Assembly (NCBI GenBank): GCA_003427395.1
Contig: BFEA01000006.1
Span: 7,504,213 to 7,562,662 of the forward strand
DNA length: 58,450 nucleotides
DNA from: Chara braunii
Taxonomy: Eukaryota; Plantae; Charophyceae
Direction: 5' to 3'
Shown: one piece after another, positions 1 to 13,850 of the stretch
How positions within the stretch are numbered: position 1 is the first letter of the stretch
Layout: each line of letters begins with the position of its first letter
Notes under the pieces: generated by a model
What the model was told of the DNA's origin: nothing
The model's database searches: none
The model's input: the letters and a program-made list of their open reading frames with translations, nothing else
Made by a program: the position numbers and the translations under genes

Positions 1-134
1 ATGTGGATACGATATCTTGAGTACTGAGTGGGCGCCTGTCGCCAATTTGCTGTTTCGCTGTTTGCATACATGACAAGTTGAATAATCGTAGTGTGATTTC
101 AGTGCAGCCCAAATGAGCTTGAACAATGACTCAC

Positions 135-268
135 GATTCTGCGTTATCTTCCTCAAAAGGGATGGTTGATTGGTTCCATGGCTACCTGCTCTTGCTTTGA
201 TTACTTGGACCTCAGTGTGCTTTTGCGATTTGGATTTCTGTGCTTTGTCCACATTCATGTACCTTGCA

Positions 269-339
<71 letters not shown>
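135..339. repeat. Interspersed repeat segment ending in (TTA)n, homologous to 2229-2390
   Basis: 135-255 (gattctgcgttatcttcctcaaaagggatggtt...ggatttctgtgctttgtccaca) aligns by eye with 2229-2350; both are followed by (TTA)n tracts (271-339 and 2350-2390). Confidence 0.75.
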
Positions 340-341
<2 letters not shown>

Positions 342-741
342 TTGTCATTTGCACAGTAGGTAGAATACATGTGGGATCTGTCTGAGAAGAATCAAGGTAG
401 TAAGGGAAGTGAGAGATTTACTTGATGATGAGTCACACGACATTTGGCCGTGACGTGCTCTAACGCGGAAGGGCCGTTATCATCTTCATCTGGCACTATA
501 GTAGTCTTGAGCTAGATGGGACCTGCCGACTGTAGTCTGGGCACTGAACGCCATATGGGACTCCAAAATCGGTTCTGCGTTAATGATGGTGACGCTGTTA
601 TCAATCATAAGCTCTTGGCGTCCTCTTATTTGGGGAAACTTGTGTTGCAATTCTGATGTTAGCTCAGGGTCACGACTATTTGGTTGCATATATGATGCTG
701 TTTAATTGTTGAAGTTCGCTATTACTAATCTTTCTTGCTAC

Positions 742-785
<44 letters not shown>

Positions 786-1420
786 GTGAAATCAAACTCG
801 TTTTCATTCATACTTTTCATGCATGCAAACGTATGCACAACAAAACGGTGACGATCGCTCGCTCAAACTCAGAAATACACAGTTCAGACACAAGTTCACT
901 TCATTGACTATGACCACGCAGCGCCCCCACAACTCTCTGTTTGCACCCACCGGATCACGCTGGATATCCCACGCGCTACCTTCTACACACACGCAGAAAG
1001 AGAGATGGGGGCAAACGGACAAATAGACAGACAAGAAACAACAGGCAGACAAGATATTGTGACAGTCATGCACACAGCGACGCAGTCACACAACTGGGAC
1101 ACTGTGATGGTCACACACACAGTGACACAGTCATGCAACTGATACACTGTGACAGTCACCCACACGGTGACACAGTCCTACACAGTCCTACACAGTCCTA
1201 CACAACCAATCGCGGTGACACAGTCACACAACAGGGACGCAGTCGCACACGCAATGGCGCTAAAACACCCATACTGCACTCTCTAGGCCTGTGCAGACCT
1301 CCGTGCACGAGTCGCTGCCACAACACTTTCGCATGGCTTCCGCTTGAATGAATGAATGGCAGGGCACAGCCTCTTGATTTTTACTTCTGTGTCGCGTTGG
1401 TCTGCCCTGTGCCCCTGACC
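742..1420. repeat. (TTA)n followed by diverged repeat unit 1, paralogous to 2350-3010
   Basis: Shares blocks with unit 2: aaatcaRactcg, gcatgcaaac, tcagaaata, agttcacttc, tgcagacctcc, gtcgctg, aatgaatgaatggc, gcctcttgattt. Confidence 0.7.
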
Positions 1421-2228
1421 CGTGGTGCATACAGTCCCAGACGGTACTTGCTTGACATGACCGGACTGACTAGACTGGGACTGTTGACTCGGCGGGGTGG
1501 ACTACCACCACTTGCCACTTGCCTCTGCCTAGACTGAGGCAGCCCCGGAAGGCCACCACTAGGTCCTTCAAGAAGGCTGTGGACGTGGCCTTTCGGTTCG
1601 GTTGCAGCTACGACCTTGACTCTTCAGGACTGGGCTAGCTGCGACCGTGACTCTTCGAAAAGCCTACAGCTACGATTGTGACCCTTCAGGAAAACTACAG
1701 CTAAAACCTCTGGACCATCTAGACTCCTACCCGACAGGTCTACAGTTCAAATCCCTCCTAACCTGTAACCTACGGAGTCCTACCTACCACTGGAGGTCCT
1801 ACAGGTTGCAGGTTCAACTCTACGGGTGGACGCAGGTTCTGTACACAGGTAAGGTGGGGAACTAGGGATCGAGCTCTGGGATCTGCATCAGCTACTGCGA
1901 ACTGATGAATACTGTTTCATTATTTATTATTAGTTATTAATTGCAAAGTTGGGACCACGTGACATATATGCGGGAGTACTTACCGGGTCTTGATGCGTGC
2001 GGCATTGACCGCTGCCTGCTAGTACTCCAGAAGCACTGTGTCGTCAACTTCAGCACTGCAGATAGGCTAGGCAGGAAGTGCCAGCTATAGTCTGGGCGTC
2101 AGGATGTCTCCATACTGAAGCTACAGTGTTGAGATGTAGGATAGGTAGGGCATCGGGTGCCGCTCAAGAGAGAGAGCTGCATTGGGTTGTGCCATTGGTG
2201 ATGCCCGATTGGGCCTGTACATTGACCC

Positions 2229-2348
2229 ATGATTCTGTTGTATCATTCTCAAATGGATGGTTACTCGGTTCCATTGTTCTATCTGCTCTTGCTTTGATTG
2301 GTTGAGCTTTAGGGTGATTTTCCGATATGGATTTCTGTGTTTCGTCCA

Positions 2349-2390
<42 letters not shown>

Positions 2391-3010
2391 CGGCAAAAAT
2401 CAGACTCGCCTTCAATCACGCCTTCACGCATGCAAACAGTGGCGTAGCAGACTAGCAGCATGCGCCCACTCAATATTCAGAAATATGGCTTCTAGATGAG
2501 AGTTCACTTCCACTAGCTATGGGCAACAACGCCCAACAACACTCTGTTGCACACACACACACAGGGCGATGTTGGATACCCCACAAGTATAATTGTCACA
2601 CGCACGTGGAAAAAGAGAACTGCAGAAACAGATGGGAAGCAGGCAGGAACAGGCAGAAATGCAGACAGACGGGTGATAAACGAAAACAAAGCAGACAAAG
2701 ACAGACGAACAGACCAACAACCGAACAGACAGAACGGGCAGACGGTGCGCCGTGACAGTCAAACAGACACTGTGACACGCACACACGCACTGTGATACTG
2801 AAAAACACACATTATACTGCACAACTGATAACCTATGGCTATACCCTTCCTCTCGCCTACTGCGTCCTCCGGGCTCCGAGTCTCTGCAGACCTCCTCATA
2901 CGGGTCGCTGTGACAGCACTTCCGCATGACTTACATAGAAATGAATGAATGGCGGGATGCTGCCTCTTGATTTATACTGTTGTGACTCTCTTCTCTGTCT
3001 CTTCCCATCA
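2229..3010. repeat. Diverged repeat unit 2 (tail segment + (TTA)n + body)
   Basis: Homologous to 135-339 and 785-1420 as described above; a further degenerate (TTA)n lies at 3931-3960. Confidence 0.7.
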
Positions 3011-5429
3011 GCCCAGGGCTCACACAGTCCCTGACGGGATTTTGCTGGGCTGGACTGGGACGGACCGGGCCAGTACCGCTGACTGCAGGGGTTTGCACCA
3101 GTCACGCCGCCAATATACTGAGGCTGGCTCTTCCACTTGGCCATTGCTTCTTGCCAGTTGCGGCGGCTACAGCTGCAACCTTTCGACACTACAGCAGCTG
3201 CGGCTGCAACCTTTTCAGCACCACAGGCAGCTACAACTGCCACCTTTTAATGTTGTAGTAGCTACGGAACCACGAATCAACCCCTGCATCGACACAGACC
3301 TACGACCAACAGACAGACGGGCAGGCAGCACGGGCAGATAACAGACAGCGACTAACACAGGGGACGCAGAGTCCACGATGACTGTGATAGCTGCTGTGGC
3401 ATACACAGCGGGATACAGGCCGTGACATGCACAGCGTGACATAGGCTGTGGCATACAAGGTAAGATACGGGCTGTGATGTACACGGTGACACAAATGCAT
3501 GAAGGACAGTCACCCGCACACAGTCGCCCGCATACAGACCTAAGGGTTGGACAGACTAACGGGCAAAATACGCTGTATAACCCACAGAGACACACAGATA
3601 CCGTGACACAAACCCACGGTCACGCGGTAACACACGCACGGTCACACTGGGACGCACACGTAGTTGCTGTAACGATCATACGTACATGGCAGCCGCCTAC
3701 ACGGGTACACCAGTACGCTGAATGCCAGATAGAGAAATAACAATCTTGAAATGCTTCGCTGATGTGGCCACAGATGCGAGCATTGGTTCACTATTCTCGT
3801 ATTGCCCCATTTGACGAGATCCAAGGGCTATTGCACTCAACCTATACTCCTCTACTCGGGCGTTTATGTGAGCTCGCAGCTCAGCTTCCTACGTATCATT
3901 CACACTCATATCCTTGTTGTAATTATTGTGTTATTATTATTATTATTATTATTACTATTACTACTGTTGGTATTGACTATTCCAGTAGCCTACGATTCCA
4001 GATAGCCTCGTGCCCGCCCCTACTAAGTGAAGTCAGGCCTGGATGTCTGCTAAGAGCACTTGCCCCTACATTTCCCCAATAAGGGTTTCAGGGCAGATGA
4101 TGCACACTGATTGGTCAGAGTGAAAAACTAAGCCGCATCCTAGGTCCTCTAGAAGAAGACCGCTGCATCAGGTGAGTGAGACCAGGACAAAGGGGGTGTC
4201 GTACTCTGGGCACACATAGCCATGAAGCTGGCACATTACAAAGTGAGCATAAACCACTAGGAAACACAGCCACGACACCACTTTCGCACGCAGGCGCAAG
4301 GTGGCATGATCCGCGGATTGGGCAGTGGGACACTAGCTGGCTATAATTAGACATGATAGGAAGCAAGCATGAGATCACACAATCGCAGACAAGCACGGAA
4401 TGTTGGTCTGCCGATGGCCATGGGAAAGCATGCGAAACAGCTAGTGTGTGCGCATGTACTCAAGTATGTGGGACATTCAGGGTCTTAATTGACTAATGAA
4501 GGTACAACGATCAAGAAAGGGGCTCTGTGGATTGTTGTATGTCATAATCATGAGTCAAAGAAAAGGGGGTTGAGCTCAATTGTGTTCCTAATCAAATTCA
4601 TGTCTCTGGGAGTTGTAGGTATTTTCGTCAAAACACCAATCATCAGGCCTGACGGCTTCTNTTCCGTTCATTCTCCTCCGCCCTTTCTATGTCTAACCCC
4701 TTGCTCATCGACCCTTCCAAGCAACGAAATGTGGAATGATGTTCAAGCAAACCTTAAACACAGTGAGCTTCCTATTCCGTATTTGATCAAGCTAGGCGGA
4801 TCACAAATGACAGGGCGATTGCGGGAGCTCTGCCGGAGTTCAGGCGGGACTCTGGAGGCAGGGAACAGTGAGGTATGAGTACATAAGCACTAAACCCTAA
4901 ACCCTAAATCTACAACCTATGACTGGGTTAGCAAAGAAAGTACCTTGAGTCAGGGATCCTCCTGGACTAAACCTGAAGGCAGGAAGGCAGACAGTAATGC
5001 TTGAATAAGGAAGGAGTATGATCTGTCTGGGGTGTATCTAACTGATGATTGGTAAACTTGGAGACAAAGCGAGAAGTGCTAAGTTGTTGTCACGCTATGT
5101 GAATATTTCTTTTGTATTGGACAAAGGGGTGTACTTCTGACAGTATTCCCTCGCTTATAGGTCACCTGACCATGGGATAAAGGGTTGGGGATCGTGAGAA
5201 TGCTGTCAAACTATGAGTGACGAAACCTTCTTGTATGATGAATTGCCTCAACTAACCTTAGCCAACGACTAACCTTGATCTATGTGCAAAAGGGGGATTT
5301 AGACTGACTCAACTTTGAATCAGCCGGATGGATTTAGGACACGAGGTACAAGTCCCGTGTGCTCCACCTACGTGATCCTAAAGGCTTCCGGATGGTTCAA
5401 GGGCCGGGACGGGCATCCATACCTGTTCT

Positions 5430-6715
5430 ATATATTTATGAACTAGGCGATCGAGAGAAGCGAGGCTCTATGAAGCCTGCCTCATCGCCATATATCAATC
5501 TATATACATATACTAGGCGATCGAGAGAAGCGATGCTCTATGAAGCCTGCCTCATCGCCATATATCTATCTATATATGAACTAGGCAATCGAGAGAAGCG
5601 AGGCTCTATGAAGCCTGCCTCATCACCATATATCTATATATATATGAACTAGGCGATCGAGAGGAGCGAGGCTCTATGAAGCTTGCCTCATCGCCATACC
5701 TATATCTATATACACTAGGCGATCGAGAGGAGCGAGGCTCTATGAAGCCTGCCTCATCGCCATATCTATAAACATATACTAGGCAATCGAGAGAAGCGAG
5801 GCTCTACGTGATCCTAAAGGCTTCCNNNNNNNNNNNNNNNNNNNNNNNNNNNNNNNNNNNNNNNNNNNNNNNNNNNNNNNNNNNNNNNNNNNNNNNNNNN
5901 NNNNNNNNNNNNNNNNNNNNNNNNNNNNNNNNNNNNNNNNNNNNNNNNNNNNNNNNNNNNNNNNNNNNNNNNNNNNNNNNNNNNNNNNNNNNNNNNNNNN
6001 NNNNNNNNNNNNNNNNNNNNNNNNNNNNNNNNNNNNNNNNNNNNNNNNNNNNNNNNNNNNNNNNNNNNNNNNNNNNNNNNNNNNNNNNNNNNNNNNNNNN
6101 NNNNNNNNNNNNNNNNNNNNNNNNNNNNNNNNNNNNNNNNNNNNNNNNNNNNNNNAAGCCTGCCTCATCGCCATATATCTATCTATATATGAACTAGGCG
6201 ATCGAGAGAAGCGAGGCTCTATGAAGCCTGCCTCATCGCCATATATCTATATATATATGAACTAGGCGATCAAGAGAAGCGAGGCGCTATGAAGCCTGCC
6301 TCATTGCCATATATCTATATATATATATACACTAGGCGATTGAGAGGAGCGAGTCTCTATGAAGCCTGCCTCATCATCATACCTATATCTATATACATAA
6401 GGCGATCGAGAGGAGCGAGGCTCTATGAAACCTGCCTCATCGCCATATATCTATATATACATATACTAGGCAATCGAGAGGAGCGAGGCTCTATGAAGCC
6501 TGCCTCATCGCCATATATTTATCTATATATACATATATTAAGCGATCGAGAGGAGCGAGGCTCTATGAAGCCTGCCTCATCGCCACACCTATATACGTAT
6601 AACTAGGCGATCGAGAGGAGCGAGACTCTATGAAGCGTGCCTCATCGCCATATATCTATCTATATATGAATACTAGGCGATCGAGAGGAGCGAGGTTCTA
6701 TGAAGTCTGCCTAAT
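5430..6715 (+). repeat. Tandem repeat of ~60-68 bp self-complementary units, spanning an N-gap
   Basis: Unit actaggcgatcgagaGRagcgaggctctatgaagcctgcctcatcgcc plus a variable (TA)-rich spacer; about 15 units visible. Confidence 0.95.
5826..6155. other. Assembly gap
   Basis: Run of N. Confidence 1.
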
Positions 6716-8292
6716 CGTCGTAATAACTTATACTCTCCACGCCAGATACCGACAAAGTTGAATGTGTCTTGATCAATCCACTGCCAGATGCTTGTTTTCA
6801 TATAACTAATTCAACCCATTGCTAACTTGCTGATTCCAGTGAGAAAGGGATAAGTGAGATCTTGACTCAGAGAGAGACTTGTCAAACCTTTGAAATTCTG
6901 AATTGATCTCTATCATGTGATTTCCTTTCTAAATTGAATGAATGGTATCGCTTGAGGTCATTAGGGACATGGGGCTCATAATTAACTCTTAAGAGGGAAG
7001 AAACATAGCGGAACCGTTGGGACAAACAAGTTGGGAATGAATTTTGTTCATTACCTAGACCGATCAGGCAAGCGAAACGATGATGAGGGTAGAAGTTAGG
7101 CAGTTGGTTGACGGTGAGCACAAAACACTGGGTCACAAGGCTAGAAGAGATCTTCTAGATCTCAACGTCGAAGAAAATACGTTAAGATTATTTCGGACTG
7201 TGTTGTGTTTACAGGGTTCTGCGCTCTTGGAGAGGACTACGGAAGAAATCCGTAAGGGAACTATAAATTCTGTTATCATTGGATTACAGGTCGGTAGAAC
7301 TCCGACTCAACTTCCACCATGGCTTAACACCCACACCTAAGACAAGACCTAAGAAGGGAACAGATAAATATTCCCCCTGTATCTATGCCTAAATTGTCCA
7401 AATCATACTCAGGAGTCTTCAAAAATGTGTGGGGCTGGGGTAAAAGGAGTCAGGGTTAGGAAGGAATGCTGTTTTCAAGGTTTGGGGCGTGAGTGGCACG
7501 CTATGAATGGATTAAAGGTTGACGCTTGTAGCGCATTTTTGTGTCTGCATCTGTATGTGTGTATGTGATGTCTTGCATCTGCACAGGTGTTGGACGTTTG
7601 TGCTGTCCTCTGAGTTTGGGATTGTCTGAGAAATTTGGACAAAGGAACACGACAATCGTGAAAGTGAGGACCACCGCTCAGTCAGCTCCCCTGATCTACA
7701 TACAAACATTTATATATATACATGGGAATGAGATCGTAGTTGATCGGGTTCTGAAAGTTATTCGTCTAGGCTTTTATTTTGAGAAAATATGAGACTACAA
7801 AGGGGATCGACCCTGGCATTCTCACATGAAGATCAAAGTTGACGTTGAGTCATTGTCATAGTTAGTTAAGCGTGGAAGACTGTCCGAGAAATCGACTTGA
7901 TTAGATAGTCGGTCCGGAGAGTTAGTGCTTCGGGCTCGACATATGGGTCAGTCTCAAGGCGTTCTACCGCGCGTATGCCTATGCTATGGCGATTGATAAA
8001 ACGCCCTCGGTTGGCCTACCTCTGCGATTGTATGTAAAAGCCTTCGCACATGGGTCAGTAGCTCAGCAGGGATACGCCCACCTAAGGGATGGTGACAGCT
8101 CCCGTAGGTGGAGGTAATGTTGTACCTCGTGGAGCCCTAACCTGTCGTAGGGAGTCGCGAGAGGTATAACACGCGCGCACGGTCGGAGTTGGTATCGATT
8201 AAAATGACAAGGAAAACTCTTGCGTGACACGACCGTGAGGTCCGACACAAAAATTTATTTCGCGTCTGGGTGTGGGACCGCCGCGCTCGACA

Positions 8293-9993
8293 ACGTTCTG
8301 GTTGTCCTTGACATTCTCACCATTGTGGCTTTGTGAGTGAAATAAAGGAATGACAAAAAGACAATAAGAACTGTGCGAACCAAAAAGGGTTCGTTAAAGT
8401 GAAGGAAGCGTGATTATCAATGAAAGATTTATGAGAGACTTGAAGAGTCCAGAAAACTATATGAAGAGAGAGGTTATGCCTGAAGGCAGCCTAAGTGGTT
8501 ATTGATTTCATCTGGACTCATCTTCAAGTGGAAGATATGTTAAAAGGATATATGGATAGTCCATCCGTGAGTGAGAGGATGACTGATAATTTTTTTTATG
8601 GTTGATTCTCCTTCAAGTGGGAAGGGGTCTTGATACATTTTTATGGAAGGTCCATCCTTGAGTGGCAGGGTGGCTTGAAAGATTTTTTATGATATAAGAG
8701 TTTTATCCTCCGCCAGAATCGACAACTCTATGTTGTTGGTTCTCAATTGCCGGTGGGGGCGTCGTCTGTGGCAGGGAAACCCGCCTGATTCTGGGACCCC
8801 TCATGTTTGGCCCTTGGTTGTGAGTCACAGGTGACTTTGTGTGCGGCAGAGGGTAAGGAAAGAGCTGCGACAATCGGCATCCCAGTTTGTTTAAGTCATA
8901 TGGTAATCGGTGGAGGTGTCACCTGCGGTAGGGAAACCCGTCAGATTCAGGGACCCTTCACTTAACTTGTTATATGCTGCAAACAGTCTAGCGCGCAGTA
9001 GTGATTTCCATGATTAAGAGGATTAAGTTTTGACTAATAGCCGGTAGGAGCGTCATCAGCGGCTGGGAAACCCACCTGATTTTGGGGACCGTCCAATCGG
9101 CTTTAGTTTTGTTGAAAGTGGCGTCGTTGTCAATGAGTGTGAAATAAGTGAGTTTTAATTGGAAGAAGATTATGAGAGTTTGCTGACTGAGCAAAAGCTT
9201 AAGGGTGAGATTGACAAGGTGTATGATGAAAACGAAAAACCCTACTCAAAGAGGTAGGATTTATGAGCATAAGGGGTGGTTTTCTTTTATTTTGAAATAC
9301 TTAGTGAATACTCCCACCCATCTGTTTGATGAATCAGTAAAATGAGTAACTTTTGCGTGATAGTAATGACTTGAGGGATTGGGCTTAACAAGACCCTACC
9401 CATAAAGTACATTCGTGGTATGTAGGATGGGGTCAACCACCCTATTCTTCTAGTTAGCTGAGAGATTGAGGTGTCTGATTGTTCCTTACAATAGAGCATT
9501 ACTTTGAGAAAAACTTGAAGAAGGTGTATGATTGAGTTGAGTCTTAACGATCGTTGTAACCCACCACTGAGTTTGAGTTTTAGTGAGTGGTAGGATGATC
9601 TGGGTGTCCGGTGTGATAAAATATCGCCCAAAGAGATCGTAAATGAGGTAGTCTTAAGTGTGGCATTGAATGACTTCCTGTTCGTGATTGCAGTGGGTGG
9701 AAGGTGGTTTTGTCCACTTTGTTAAATTAGAGGTTAGAAAGTGTTCGTGCTTAGCCGATTATTCGGCTACTATAGATTGCTATTTTAATCAGGAATTAAA
9801 AGATACTCTTAACCGATGATTTTGTCCATCTCTTTTGAAGGATCAAGGCTTGGAGTGGATACAATGGCCGTTTTAGTTTAAGGTAAGAATTCTAGAAAGT
9901 TATCATATACTTTTTTTGAAGGCTATGTTTGAATGGTACTTGGTTTAAGCATCGGTTGCAACGGGGACATCGCTTAATAAGGTCCGGGCACGC
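8293..9993 (+). mobile_element. Internal region adjoining LTR A, homologous to the reverse complement of 46562-48140
   Basis: Colinear matches include gttctggttgtc..cattctcacca, gaggttatgcc, ttagctgagagattgaggtgtc, gacttcctg.tcgtgattgcagtgggtg, and cgcttaataaggtccggg just before TGTCG. Confidence 0.85.
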
Positions 9994-12900
9994 TGTCGTA
10001 CCAAATACCCTTCCAAGGGCATTTGGCGTGTTTTCAATAAGTTGCATTGGTGCAGCCCCGTCTGCTCGACGGCGTGAGTACGGAAGGAAGGTTAGGCCCT
10101 CGCCGGGGTGAGCGATGCTCGCAGGGTATCGGTGGCAAGGCGCAACCACGTGCGGCATAGATGTGCGCGGCGTCGCGGGCCAGCAGGACGCGCGGCGTCT
10201 AATCTTATTTTTGTTATTCATTTATTTTATAAATTTTTATTGTTTTCCAAGCTTTTTCAGCTCGGTAATCTGTTCTCAGGTCAACGCCAGGGCACGGTGG
10301 GCGCTTTGGCCACGACATGGAAGAAAAACTGGGTGGCGGAGGTCGCCAAGGATGCGCTGTACGCTAACAACGATCTTCTATGAGAGGATGAGCGTGGTGA
10401 GCATGCCCGATGGGGCCCAATGAATGGGGGACTTTATCGTTGGCACAACGAGTCTCAAGGGCGGGACACTAGTGGGAGGCTGCTGCAGTGCAGGCTGTGC
10501 GGCAAGCTCTCCCAACGGTCGTTCCCACGGAAACCGCCCCGCCTCAGTCTCAAAGTTTTCGTTTGAGGGTTCGCTACTACCACCAAGATCTGCACTAAGA
10601 TCTGTTCTGCCTAGGCACACGCTGCAGGTCGCAGCAGCAAGCCCAACGCCCATTCACGCGCTAAGGCGTCGGAGTCACGGTGGCGGTCGGGCATAGGCAG
10701 AGCAAGCTTCGACGTCGTCCAGTTCAGGGCTAGGCTTGACCCAGTCGACCAGGGGCATCAGGGCAGAAGCCCGCAGCATCACCGTGCAAATCGTCCGTCG
10801 GGCTTGGGCATAGGGGTGAGGTACTTCTTGAACCGCCCAGTAACCGGTTCTGGCCGACGTTTCCCTCAGGATAGCTGGAGCTGTAAAACAGCTTGTCGGA
10901 CACTACAGGGTTCATTATTGTCGGGAGCAGCGTTAGCTGAAGAAGCAAGGCAGTGCAGGGCCAGCGCTAAGGCAGCGGGTGGTAGGAGGTAGAGCCGCTA
11001 GCAAGCAAGGGAGAAGCAGGCAACGGGCAGCGGGCCAAGCGGCGACATGAAAGTTTTAGGAGGTAAGACGAGCAGTGAAGAAGGAAGGGATCTGGACACC
11101 CTTCTGTGCGATGTGAAGGCAGGGCAGACAGAGTGCAACGTGAAGGAAAGACAGAAAGGAGCGTTGCAGGCGGGACGGGAGTGGTGGAAACAAAGGGTGA
11201 ACTGGGACAGGCGCTTGCACCAGGTGCATCCAGAATCGAAAGAAAGGGGAGTGTCGGCTATGGTGGAAGCAAGGACCGCGTAACTCACCCGTTTGTTGGT
11301 GAAAACGGGTAAATGAAGAATAGTTGTAGAGGTTTTAAAGAGGGGCGAATCTGAATATAAGGTTAGTTCTAGTAGTAGATTAGTGAAAAGAAAGTTAGAG
11401 TGCGTGAGAGATATCGGGGTTAATGGCTATGGCGGGAGAGAAGAGGGATCACTCCCTCGATTCTCTGTGAAATCGAGCGGGAGGAGAGCTAAAGTAGGGA
11501 TTTCCGGGGATGGCGACCCCAAATCCGAGGTTAGAATTAGTAGAGAGTTAATAAGGAATGAGATAGAGAGAGAATGAGCCTCGCCGGCGATGGTGGAAGC
11601 TCATATGGCAGGAGGGCGAAAGTTAAATATCTCGCTCGTTTCTCAATGAAATCGAGCGGAAGAAGAGTCGATTTCGGGGTTTTTAATTGCTGCGAACCAG
11701 GAGGTCGTGCCGGATTGACCATTTAGGAAGTGGATTGGCTGGTACAAGCAGAAAGGGCTGCGCACGAAAGGGGAAAGTCGAAATGGGAATGTATCTTTCC
11801 GTGTTTTAGCGGAGGATTCATTTTTTTTTTTCCACGTTTCGAAGGGAGTGCAGAATGCACATCTGCGAGCGAGAGTGGCAAAACCATCGATGAAGAAAGC
11901 GCTACTAATCGAGGTGGTGATGGTAGCTTCGATCAAGGTGTTCGTTTGCATGCTGCCAGAATATACGTACTTACCTAGTCGAGGTGCTGGTCCGATTCAT
12001 TAGAAAAGGGGCTTGTGCGTAACCGAGAGTTTGCTCATAGGTTCCTTGCATTGGGCAGCGACACTGCTCAACATACCCATCTTCAGGATCCTGCAGCTGC
12101 TTGCCGTGCCTCCTACTCCAAGTCGTTGTGGTATAGTGGTAGGCAGCTTTGCCCTTAGCCTGTTCATCTTTATTAGTATGATAGGATTGAGCGAACCTGG
12201 TCGAAAGGGTTAGCTGGAATGATAGGGAGAGGGAGAGAGGCAAACAAAGAACAATGCATACCCGGCGGGCCGAGGCAACAATGCGGGATGAACCGAGAAG
12301 CAAGTCGTCGGAAGATCGACTTACCTATAGACAGGTGAGACGTTCACCCCACTGATCGGAGCAGTTGGTTTGAGCACCACTCAGTCCACCGAACGAAGTA
12401 GCAAGCAAGAGAGTTGCAGGCTTGGGGGCTTGCCTGTTGGCTGGTACGTTGCTCATCCTGACGACGGAGTAGCCTCTCTCGATCTCCTTGCGCGCATGGC
12501 TGGAAACGTGGTATATCCGTCCATATTCTAGCGGAGGAATCATTAAGTTTGAGCTCGGAGCGGGCGATCAGGTCACAAGCAGCGGGCGCAGCGACTGCAG
12601 TTCGCGGAGAGAGAGAGAGACAGAGACATCACTTACTTGGTCGAGTTATGCCTGCAGTAGGACGAGTACTACAGTGGGCAGCGTGAAGTCAGCCGCCCAG
12701 GTGGGGACTTACCTGTTAGCCAGTGTGTTAGCTCGCCTTGAGAAGTACATCCGGCGGTGTTTTCCTTTTTCCCCTCAAGAAGAGACTTGTCTATTGGTCG
12801 ATGAGCCGCTCACCCCCGCGATCGAGAGAATAGGAAAACGAGTGGCGAGGGTCAAACGACCTGTATGTTGGAGGAGTACCTCTCACCTTGCAGTACTGAG

Positions 12901-13850
12901 TAGTGGGGCCCGACTGTGTGTAGGGAGTTAGCAGAGGTTTGGTGAGGACTACACATACAGTCTGCCTGCTGCATGGCCGGTAAGGCCACGCCGCTATCCC
13001 GCTGCTGAGTGAGGAAGACGAGACTGGGTTGGTAAAGAGGAGGCTTTGCTGCGATTTGGAGAGTCGTCTGGGAATCAGCAATTGGCGGGTTGACTTTTGT
13101 TTGAATTGAGTGATTGCGTGTGAGTGTTGTACGTGTAATGTCTTGTTGAGGCTCCACGAAGTTACCTACGTTTTAGGGTGTCATGGAGCGATGGTTGTTC
13201 TAAAGGAGAGATGTTGGGGCTCAGAGAAGTAGTCAAGCTTTGTAAAGGAGGTCACTGCTCCGGGCTAGTGAGTCGTCAGGCGGTTGATTTCAGCGATTTG
13301 ATTTCAGTTTTGGTCAAGTTGCTGCCGTTTGACCAACATTGCGGGGCCCTCAGGCGAGTGAAGATAACAAGGCCCTCTCCTGCGAGTTGAGTCAGTCCCC
13401 CTCCTGTATCTCGAGCGTTTGAAACCTTTACTTCTACCCGTCTTACTCTAAAAAGTTTAATCCCGGTTCTGAGAGGAAGGCCGCATGCGGGATTGCAACC
13501 CGTAAGACCGTAGCAAGACTCTGTGGGGAGTCATCCCATTGATTGTGGGAGCTCTGCCGGAACCTAGGAGAGGTTCTGGAGGCAAGGGCCCATCAGATAT
13601 ATCCTTTTCTATCTGTATAACCCACTACAGCCATGTTTTGACTATCTCCCTTTAGTTTAACTGATGTATACGTGAGATTGCCCCTATGACTTTGCCTTCT
13701 TTCGTGACTTAATCAGACTGAATGGAAGGAATGTATGGGAGTAAAGCATAAGTTTCATATTTATTTTGACTGATAGCAAACAAAGGGATGAACTGGGGGG
13801 AGGTGGAAGGAAGAAAGATTGCATGCGTTTGACCGGGTCAACCAAGGATT

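Larger units (their letters stand above)
4800..8292 (+). mobile_element. LTR Z: divergent relative of the giant LTR family, 5' boundary uncertain
   Basis: 4819-4878 (gggagctctgccggag...ctggaggcag...ag|gtatga) matches the conserved block of A-D. 7930-8292 matches the 3' end of B/C/D and ends in gcgctcgaca at 8292, followed by ACGT. Confidence 0.7.

Noticed and set aside
1565-1630. Possible hammerhead ribozyme on the minus strand (CUGAAGA...GAAA), retrozyme idea
   Set aside because: Stem I cannot form and stem II is not adjacent to the core. The ctgatga at 27065 is a CpG-decay product absent from C and D.
4197-4204. TGTCGTAC after a purine run as the 5' end of LTR Z
   Set aside because: No terminal palindrome follows, there is no TSD match to ACGT, and a similar string recurs at ~5120; left unresolved.
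4890-4908. Two plant-type telomere (CCCTAAA) units / telo-box
   Set aside because: Too short to call, and not present at this position in A-D.
5804-5825. Reappearance of ctacgtgatcctaaaggcttcc (from ~5368) beside the gap
   Set aside because: Could be a higher-order repeat but is equally likely an assembly artefact at the gap edge.
9287-9631. Antisense ORF similar to ORF 47127..47315
   Set aside because: The similarity is explained by DNA homology; ORF boundaries and frames are not conserved and no domain is recognisable.
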